DNA of 31,156 nucleotides from a virus: IMG/VR virus record IMGVR_UViG_3300045988_176073; one strand, 5' to 3'. Shown piece by piece: positions 25,520 to 31,156 of this stretch (position 1 is its first letter; each line of letters starts with the position of its first letter). The notes under the pieces were generated by a model. It saw only the letters and a program-made list of their open reading frames with translations, ran no database searches and was not told where the DNA came from. The position numbers and the translations under genes were made by a program.

Positions 25520-26412
25520 TTTTTATTAAGTTTATCCTTGAATGCTGCTACTTCCTTATTAAAATTTTCATCATTTTCAATAATGTTGCTTTTTAAAATA
25601 TTAGGCTTTTTGTATTGTCTATTTTCAAGCCATTCTGGTGTTAACTCTTTTTTTTGAAATTGATTTGATGTATTTCTATTTTTTCGCATTTCTTTTAGTT
25701 GTAATTCAAAAAATTTTACCTGATCAATAGAATTTAAGTTAGTTTGTAACCATGTATTTAAAATCCCTTTTGTATATCCCCAACTAACCTTATTTCTATC
25801 TTTAGCCAGTTTTAATGCTGCAATGACTATTTCATCTGAATCATTTTCAAAAGAGTCTAAGTAATAATTAATATCTTCAGCTGTATATTGAGTGATAAAA
25901 CCAAATCCATTATTTTGAAAGAAGTCGAAGGCACTATGATTTTTTTCCTTCTTCTCATTCTTTACATTCTTATAATTCTTCTCTTTCTTTACATTCTTAG
26001 TTGTGTTCTGTTCGTTGTCTCTCACATGTTCATGCTGATGTTCAGTTTCTTGTTTATTTTGTTGTTCATTTTCGTGTTTTTTTACTTCATTATTTCCTTG
26101 ATAAACATCATAGTTATGCACTTCAATAGTTGTTCCGTTACCTGTCTTTTTTGTAGTAATCATATTGTCATTTTGAAGTAACTTTAAAAATTTTCTTACA
26201 GTGTTTCTTGATACATTCCAACGTTCAGATAATTTCACTTCAGAAGTATGAAAAGAGCCTCTTTTTATCATTTGTATCTTTCCGCCAACAAATACTTTTT
26301 TATCTGTATGATTTGTTAAAAGAAGTATTTCCATCCACCATTTAAAACGTTTAGAATCTTCCCATATCCAATGCTCCATAATTTGACGATGTAGTTTTAT
26401 CCACCCGGTCAT
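25510..26412 (-). CDS. Replisome organiser or replication initiation protein with a C-terminal DnaD-like domain.
   Basis: 300 aa. The N-terminal WIKLHRQIMEHWIW winged-helix region is typical of phage replisome organisers. The C-terminus VSWGYTKGILNTWLQTNLNSIDQVK is DnaD-like. There is a central low-complexity region with DNA direct repeats. Confidence 0.7.
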   Translation of the reverse strand: MTGWIKLHRQIMEHWIWEDSKRFKWWMEILLLTNHTDKKVFVGGKIQMIKRGSFHTSEVKLSERWNVSRNTVRKFLKLLQNDNMITTKKTGNGTTIEVHNYDVYQGNNEVKKHENEQQNKQETEHQHEHVRDNEQNTTKNVKKEKNYKNVKNEKKEKNHSAFDFFQNNGFGFITQYTAEDINYYLDSFENDSDEIVIAALKLAKDRNKVSWGYTKGILNTWLQTNLNSIDQVKFFELQLKEMRKNRNTSNQFQKKELTPEWLENRQYKKPNILKSNIIENDENFNKEVAAFKDKLNKKWD

Positions 26413-26441
26413 AAATACTCCTCACTTTCTTATTCATTAGT

Positions 26442-26837
26442 TTAAAATGGAAATATATCATCATTTGATTGGGTATTTTGATTTACGTTAACAAAAGGAT
26501 TATTGTTAGAAGTATCTTTATTTTTAGTTTCTAAAAATTCTATTTTATCGGCCACAACTTCCGTCACATATATTTTTTTATCATCAGATGTTTTATAATT
26601 TCGTGTTTGAATTCGTCCTCTTATGGAGACTTTACTCCCCTTTGATAGATAATTAGTTACATGTTCTGCTTGATTACGAAAAGCAATACAATTAATAAAA
26701 TCCGCTTCATATTCACCTTTAGAATTCGTATAATCCCTATTCACTGCTATATTTAAATAAGCAACAGCAATACCATTTGGTGTGTGCTTTAATTCAGGAT
26801 TACGTGTTAAACGTCCAATTAATACAGTTACATTCAT
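26442..26837 (-). CDS. ssb: Single-stranded DNA-binding protein.
   Basis: OB-fold consensus MNVTVLIGRLTRNPELKHTPNGIAVA ... EADFINCIAFR ... YVTEVVADKIEFL and an acidic C-terminal tail DDIFPF. Confidence 0.9.
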   Translation of the reverse strand: MNVTVLIGRLTRNPELKHTPNGIAVAYLNIAVNRDYTNSKGEYEADFINCIAFRNQAEHVTNYLSKGSKVSIRGRIQTRNYKTSDDKKIYVTEVVADKIEFLETKNKDTSNNNPFVNVNQNTQSNDDIFPF

Positions 26838-26850
26838 TTATAATCAACTC

Positions 26851-27117
26851 CTATGCTCCCTTACTAATTAAGACTTGGCCACGCATCACAGAAATAATAT
26901 GATTCTTAAGTCTCTCGTGACTTTCGGGATATATTTCAAAAATTTGTAGTAATTTATTATTCGTCATATATCTATTATGGTAATGTAAAAAATTAATTAT
27001 AATTTCATTTCTTGAGGTCTTTTCAATTTCTAATAAACATGTTTGACTTGTTTCTTTAAATTCACTAAAAAGAGCATAATATAAATCAAACATTTTTTGC
27101 TTAGATTCATTTTTCAT
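26851..27117 (-). CDS. Hypothetical protein, 88 aa.
   Basis: ORF in the early operon. I recognise no domain. Confidence 0.5.
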   Translation of the reverse strand: MKNESKQKMFDLYYALFSEFKETSQTCLLEIEKTSRNEIIINFLHYHNRYMTNNKLLQIFEIYPESHERLKNHIISVMRGQVLISKGA

Positions 27118-27179
27118 TGTAGTTATCCTCCAAAGTTGTTATAATTCACATGTAAATATTTTTCTATTTATTCTGATTG

Positions 27180-27371
27180 CTAATTGCCGTTAGCAGTCAG
27201 TTTTTTTATTTCTTGAAAGAAATATTTGTCAAGGTATATGAATGTTACCATTGCTAATAATGCTGCACTACCAATTGCAGTTGTAAAATAAAATCCTAAT
27301 ATTTGTAATGCTATAGACATTGTTATAAAAACTAAATTCGCAATAACAAATGATAAAAATATTTTGTCCAT
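27180..27371 (-). CDS. Small membrane protein of 63 aa with two TM helices.
   Basis: Hydrophobic segments FLSFVIANLVFITMSIALQILGF and AIGSAALLAMVTFIYL. Confidence 0.5.
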   Translation of the reverse strand: MDKIFLSFVIANLVFITMSIALQILGFYFTTAIGSAALLAMVTFIYLDKYFFQEIKKLTANGN

Positions 27372-27385
27372 ATAAACTCACCTCC

Positions 27386-27595
27386 TTATATGTCACTTTC
27401 TTTAACCATTAAATTATTCTCAATAAAATCAATCGCTTTAGTTATCTTGATATATCTTTTGTTTCCTTTACCGAAGCGGTACATACAATTTGCCTGAAAC
27501 TCTTTATTAGGTGCTATCTTCTTTTCAAAATCATCTTTAGATATCCCACTAATTTGTACAAATTTTCCGACATCTGCAAAGCCAATGTATTCCAT
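27386..27595 (-). CDS. Small DNA-binding-like protein of 69 aa, a possible excisionase or HTH_17-type regulator.
   Basis: Pattern VQISGISKDDFEKKI ... RFGKGNKRYIKITKAIDFIE resembles MerR/excisionase-like winged HTHs. This is inference only. Confidence 0.4.
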   Translation of the reverse strand: MEYIGFADVGKFVQISGISKDDFEKKIAPNKEFQANCMYRFGKGNKRYIKITKAIDFIENNLMVKESDI

Positions 27596-27660
27596 ACGCG
27601 CATAACTCCCTTCATGTATAATTATAGTTATCGCTACTGCGATAGTAGGTGGTGGAAAAT

Positions 27661-27864
27661 ATGAGTAAGATTACTAAAAATGAATTAAATCAATTATTTA
27701 AAGAACGTAATACACTTATTAAACAAAAATTTAATGAATATCACGCTAATAGAAAAGATAATTCTCAAAACACAATGATTAATATCTATCTTAAGTCACT
27801 AGTTGAATCACAAGATGAAATGTTTATTCAGTTACTAGAAAAATTAGATATGTTAGAAAAATAA
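27661..27864 (+). CDS. Small + strand protein of about 67 aa (MSKITKNELNQLFKERNTLIKQKF...), unknown function, encoded opposite to the early genes.
   Basis: ATG with an upstream GGTGGTGG. TATAAT at about 27621. A palindromic operator-like element tatcgc-tact-gcgata lies between -10 and SD. Confidence 0.45.
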   Translation: MSKITKNELNQLFKERNTLIKQKFNEYHANRKDNSQNTMINIYLKSLVESQDEMFIQLLEKLDMLEK

Positions 27865-28017
27865 CGAGCAATTTCTAGCATTTCTTTCATTTATTGATTC
27901 GACTAATTTTTCAATATTAATATCTGAATTAAATTTTGTATTTCTTTTAGCATTCCTAATCTCTTCCACCAAGATGACGATTAAGAGTGCTATTTTTAAT
28001 ATTTTAATTCTTTCCAT
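27853..28017 (-). CDS. Small protein of about 54 aa with a hydrophobic N-terminal segment (MERIKILKIALLIVILVEEIRNAK...).
   Basis: Hand-translated. Its start overlaps the stop of the upstream small ORF in a TAATG arrangement, indicating translational coupling. Confidence 0.35.
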   Translation of the reverse strand: MERIKILKIALLIVILVEEIRNAKRNTKFNSDINIEKLVESINERNARNCSLFF

Positions 28018-28172
28018 TACGCACCTCTTAAATCACTAAAATGAATTACTTTATTATTCTCATTTTTTAATTTCACTTGTTCTTGCATTAGCTTTTTTAC
28101 ACATTCATTCAATTCATCTCTATCTTTAAATTTTTCTAATAATGATTTGTCATTTAATAACTGTTTGATCAT
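28017..28172 (-). CDS. Small protein of about 51 aa (MIKQLLNDKSLLEKFKDRDELNECVKKLMQEQVKLKNENNKVIHFSDLRGA).
   Basis: Hand-translated ORF in the early operon, coupled to the next small ORF. Confidence 0.35.
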   Translation of the reverse strand: MIKQLLNDKSLLEKFKDRDELNECVKKLMQEQVKLKNENNKVIHFSDLRGA

Positions 28173-28193
28173 GCATGTTCCTCCTCTAAATAT

Positions 28194-28472
28194 TTATGAA
28201 CCTAATCGATTAATTACAGTTTGATATGCGTCTAAAACTTGCGGATAAAGATATAAAACTCGTGTACCTAAACGCCTTGTAACTTCTACGATTTCAGGCT
28301 CACAAACAATTTTATTTTGTAGAGTTGACTTACTTAGCCCTGTAATTGTTACTAGATCTTTAATATCAATTGAAGCGTATTGACGTTTGTAATTTTCTAA
28401 AATACTTTCCACCTTTGACTGCACTAACTCATTAATAAAATCATCTTTAATTTCGATTGCAATATTGCTCAT
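28194..28472 (-). CDS. Early-region protein of 92 aa with an HTH-like segment (DUF771-like).
   Basis: Motif DLVTITGLSKSTLQNKI. It lies immediately downstream of the cro-like gene. Confidence 0.5.
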   Translation of the reverse strand: MSNIAIEIKDDFINELVQSKVESILENYKRQYASIDIKDLVTITGLSKSTLQNKIVCEPEIVEVTRRLGTRVLYLYPQVLDAYQTVINRLGS

Positions 28473-28499
28473 AAGTTCTTCCTCCGTAATTAAAATTTG

Positions 28500-28736
28500 C
28501 TATTGTTCAGTTTTCCGAACATTTTGATTAAAAAAATATAATCCCACTTTATTAGGTGAAATTTCAAGTAGTTCGCAAATTCTTTTGATTTCCCATTGAG
28601 TGAATGAATTTTTCCCTTTCAATTTATGATTTATTGAAGTCCGTGATATCGGAATAGCGTTAGCTAATGAGCTTTGACTATGTCTATATTCTGACATTCT
28701 TTCACAAAGCAAACTATAATCAAATGTATAACTCAT
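28500..28736 (-). CDS. Cro-like XRE-family HTH regulator, 78 aa.
   Basis: HTH HSQSSLANAIPISRTSINHKLKGK. It is transcribed divergently from the cI-like repressor. Confidence 0.75.
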   Translation of the reverse strand: MSYTFDYSLLCERMSEYRHSQSSLANAIPISRTSINHKLKGKNSFTQWEIKRICELLEISPNKVGLYFFNQNVRKTEQ

Positions 28737-28888
28737 CTAAATCACCTCCTTACTCGTTCGGTTTTCCGTACATTTTTATTAAAGCATTGTAGTTTAAAAT
28801 AGTCAACATATATTTTTCATTTTTTTGTACAAAATTTGTTGAATATAATTGTAAGTTCTCTAATTTAATAGTATTATACTTAAAGGAG
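28737..28888. promoter_or_regulatory. Divergent cI/cro promoter-operator region. Repeated TTGTA-type half sites: TTGTACAA (palindromic), TTGTTGAA, TTGTAAG and cattgtag.
   Basis: 152-bp AT-rich intergenic region between divergent HTH genes. Repeats seen directly. TATAAT-like elements are present. Confidence 0.6.
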
Positions 28889-29251
28889 GTGTTCAGAAAT
28901 ATGAACTGTTTTAAAAACAGATTACGCGAAGCTATTGATTCTAAAAAATATTCGCAATCTGAATTATCAAGGTTGACAGGTATTGGACGTAATTCAATTA
29001 GTGATTATTTAAATGGAAAATACGAAGCTAAACAAGATAAAATTTATATTTTAGCGAAAGTACTTGATGTAAGTGAAGCTTGGCTTTTAGGCTATGATGT
29101 TAACCCTGAACGCCTCAGTGATGACGATAAAAGATTAAGTCATAATGGAGAAATTATTGCAGCACATATTGATGATGATGTAACAGATGAAGAAATGAAA
29201 CAGATAATAAATTTTATAAACTTTATAAAAGATAATAAAAGCGATAAATAA
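28889..29251 (+). CDS. cI-like repressor, XRE HTH only, 120 aa, with no S24 peptidase domain.
   Basis: HTH QSELSRLTGIGRNSISDYLNGK. Acidic C-terminus. Position next to int and divergent from cro. Confidence 0.85.
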   Translation: MFRNMNCFKNRLREAIDSKKYSQSELSRLTGIGRNSISDYLNGKYEAKQDKIYILAKVLDVSEAWLLGYDVNPERLSDDDKRLSHNGEIIAAHIDDDVTDEEMKQIINFINFIKDNKSDK

Positions 29252-29254
29252 AAA

Positions 29255-29307
29255 GAGACGCTAATTTATTACTAATACCTATTGATTAGTATAATTGTGT
29301 CTCTTTT
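29255..29307 (+). terminator. Putative terminator after the repressor gene. Outer inverted repeat aaagagac/gtctcttt encloses further structure and is followed by TTTTTT.
   Basis: Inverted repeats and T-run seen directly. The loop is long, so strength is uncertain. Confidence 0.4.
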
Positions 29308-29420
29308 TTATTATATATATTTTTAGCATATAGTTTACTTTTCTAGCGATTAGTGATGATAAACATAAAAATTTAAAATTTCAATTTTATAAAAATAAAC
29401 TGAAAAGGAAGTGATCTACT

Positions 29421-29792
29421 ATGCATAATTGCAAGGAGATGATAAATAAAATTGAAGTAAAATATATAGACTGCCCCGAAAAATTAAATGGCTTTATATG
29501 TGGTAATAATTTATATATAAGTAAATCTATTATTCCTGATTTAACAGTAAATGAAAAAGTAGTTTCGTATAGTACTCGACAGATAAATAAACTTAACTCT
29601 CTAGCCATCAGTTCTGTAAGTGAATTTATTCCTCTTGATCAACTCATCGAAGCTATTAAAAATCCTCAATTAAATTCATACTCAAAATTAGCAATCTACT
29701 TTAATACTACTTCAATTTATATTAAACAAACTCTAACTTTTTACAAAATCAAATATCCTAATTTAAATCTAATTAATGCTATTGATAATTAG
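29421..29792 (+). CDS. Hypothetical protein of 123 aa between repressor and integrase. It occupies the slot that an ImmA-like or toxin-like partner of a short repressor usually fills, but it has no HExxH motif.
   Basis: ORF with a GGAAGTGA SD, + strand. I recognise no catalytic motif. Confidence 0.6.
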   Translation: MHNCKEMINKIEVKYIDCPEKLNGFICGNNLYISKSIIPDLTVNEKVVSYSTRQINKLNSLAISSVSEFIPLDQLIEAIKNPQLNSYSKLAIYFNTTSIYIKQTLTFYKIKYPNLNLINAIDN

Positions 29793-29834
29793 CTTATTTT
29801 CAACTTAAGACATACACATCTAGGGAGTGGTAAA

Positions 29835-30959
29835 ATGGCATCATTTGAAAAAAGAGGAAATAAATGGCGTTTTAAAGTACATTTTAAAGACCATAATGGA
29901 GATAAAAAATATATAACTAAATCTGGTTATAGAACGAAGACTGAAGCCAAAAAAGCAGCTATTGAAATTGAAAGTAAGTTAAATAAGGGTTATAAAGAAG
30001 AAAAAAGCTACACTTTAACTTCATGGCTTGAATACTATCTAAATACTTGGCGTAAAAATAAAATTAGTGATAGTAGTTTTGAAATTGAACAATTTTCAAA
30101 AAAAAGAATATTAGATTTCTATAATGATATTAATATTAAAGATATTACACCATCTATGCACCAAAGTTTTATCAATCATTTAATAGAAAAAGGTTATAGT
30201 AAATCTACTTTATCTAAAACTCACAATTTGCTAAAGCGTAGCCTTGAAAGAGCTAAGTATGATAGATTAATATACTTCAATCCTTGCGAAGGAATTACAC
30301 TGAATCATAAAGATTTAAAAATTAAGGATAAAGCAAAATACTTACCTAAAGATAAAGTTAAGCCTTTTTTAGCAATGGTTAAAAAAAGAGATGTATATCA
30401 ATATTTTTTATTTAGAACTTTAATAGAAACAGGTATGCGTATTGGTGAAGCTAGTGCATTATGTTGGAAAGATTATGATAGAAAATTAAAAACAATTTCA
30501 ATCACAAAATCTTATAATCAAAAAAGAAATAAATTCGGCCCTACTAAAAATAAGGAAAACAGAATTATATTTATATCAAATGAATTAGCTAATGAATTAT
30601 TTAAGCTTAAAACATTACAAAATGGTAATAAGATAGCTAATTCAGACTTCTATAATAATTCCTATGATTACATATTTTGCAATGAATTTGGTGAGCCGCT
30701 TCCACGTTCAACTACACATAATACTATGATGTATGTCACTAAAAAATTACTTGGTAAAGGAAATGAATTAAGTATTCACAAACTAAGACACACACACGCT
30801 ACCTTACTTCTAGAAAGCAATGTACCTATGAAAGTAATTCAAGAACGTTTAGGTCATAAATCTGAAGCTATTACTAGTGAAGTTTATAGTCACGTTACTA
30901 AAAAAATGAATGATAATGCTAAAGAAAACTTTGAGAAGTATATTAAGAATGTATTTTAA
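29835..30959 (+). CDS. int: Tyrosine integrase (phage integrase family site-specific recombinase).
   Basis: C-terminal catalytic signature HKLRHTHATLL ... LGHKSEAITSEVYSHV (R, HxxR, Y). N-terminal SAM-like domain. Adjacent to the repeat and arm-type sites. Confidence 0.95.
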   Translation: MASFEKRGNKWRFKVHFKDHNGDKKYITKSGYRTKTEAKKAAIEIESKLNKGYKEEKSYTLTSWLEYYLNTWRKNKISDSSFEIEQFSKKRILDFYNDINIKDITPSMHQSFINHLIEKGYSKSTLSKTHNLLKRSLERAKYDRLIYFNPCEGITLNHKDLKIKDKAKYLPKDKVKPFLAMVKKRDVYQYFLFRTLIETGMRIGEASALCWKDYDRKLKTISITKSYNQKRNKFGPTKNKENRIIFISNELANELFKLKTLQNGNKIANSDFYNNSYDYIFCNEFGEPLPRSTTHNTMMYVTKKLLGKGNELSIHKLRHTHATLLLESNVPMKVIQERLGHKSEAITSEVYSHVTKKMNDNAKENFEKYIKNVF

Positions 30960-30960
30960 A

Positions 30961-31025
30961 ATTAGTTGCCCAATAGTTGCCCATTCAAGTAAAATTTAGA
31001 ATCATTTTATATATAAGTTGCCCAC
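30961..31025. promoter_or_regulatory. Integrase arm-type repeats (TTAGTTGCCCA, TAGTTGCCCA, AAGTTGCCCA) next to the right repeat copy.
   Basis: Same motif as at 212..262. Three copies in direct orientation. Confidence 0.5.
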
Positions 31026-31037
31026 TTTTATATAAAA

Positions 31038-31156
31038 AAGAAGCTAAGGCAAAATGCCTTAACTCCTTACCCCTATTAGGTTTCCCCTGAAATTGTTTAG
31101 CGCTTAGTATTGCTTAATATACTGTTCTCTTTCCCATTCGGATACTTGAGTTCTAT
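31038..31156. repeat. Right copy of the direct repeat bounding the prophage. The - strand reading gives a stop codon plus a hairpin followed by phage-supplied TTTTTT, so it is a probable reconstituted 3' end and terminator of a host gene lying to the right.
   Basis: Identical to 1..119. Revcomp reads ...IELKYPNGKENSILSNTKR* or ...SEWEREQYIKQY*, then hairpin aaggcattttgcctt, then agcttcttttttat. Confidence 0.85.

Noticed and set aside
25888-26181. + strand 97-aa ORF inside the replisome-organiser gene
   Set aside because: It is antisense to a strong CDS. It has an extremely hydrophobic low-complexity translation generated by the repeat-rich region.
29387-29608. - strand 73-aa ORF overlapping the 123-aa + strand gene
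   Set aside because: It has no SD and a low-complexity hydrophobic sequence. The + strand ORF has a proper SD and fits the operon direction.
29421-29792. ImmA/IrrE-type metalloprotease identity for the 123-aa ORF next to the short repressor
   Set aside because: There is no HExxH or any His-Glu pair in the right context. I kept it as an unknown and discuss it only as occupying the expected position.
1-31156. CRISPR arrays, rRNA or tRNA genes, and IS elements or transposases
   Set aside because: I saw no regularly spaced short repeats, no rRNA-like GC-rich structured stretches, and no transposase-like ORFs or terminal inverted repeats other than the att duplication.

Overview
The window is essentially one complete integrated temperate siphovirus prophage, about 30.9 kb, in a low-GC Firmicute (Staphylococcus-like codon usage and AT content). 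It is bounded by a direct repeat of at least 119 bp (1..119 = 31038..31156; the repeat may continue past the window end). The phage map runs right to left in window coordinates. The tyrosine integrase is at the right end, on the + strand, followed by a divergent short cI-like and Cro-like HTH pair. The early and replication genes, all on the - strand, include an SSB, a DnaD-like replisome organiser and a sigma-70 region-4-like late activator. An HNH endonuclease, a GC-rich cos-like island and a P27-family small terminase follow. Then come the large terminase, HK97-type portal, prohead protease and major capsid protein, connector and tail genes, and a G/G-T chaperone pair with a GGGAAAG slippery site. 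The tape measure is 1496 aa and carries C-terminal M23 peptidase and lytic transglycosylase domains. Dit, Tal and baseplate/fibre genes (including an SGNH esterase) precede the holin and an amidase_2-SH3 endolysin. Between the endolysin terminator and the left repeat lie the accessory loci. The first is a self-contained two-gene operon: an APH/ePK-like kinase-fold protein translationally coupled to an uncharacterised 243-aa partner, with its own promoter and terminator. I rate this the best candidate for an undescribed defence or toxin module. The second is a compact small-peptide locus: two strongly SD-driven hydrophobic peptides of 35 and 29 aa plus a 70-aa XRE HTH protein. Its near-consensus promoter core is filled by a perfect 20-bp palindrome, and a near-consensus antisense promoter faces it. 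Other points of note are a single-TM 280-aa protein between the late activator and the HNH gene, a multiply disrupted MazG-like pseudogene, two isolated +strand small genes with their own promoters, and integrase arm-type repeats (TAGTTGCCCA) at both ends. I saw no rRNA, tRNA or CRISPR.
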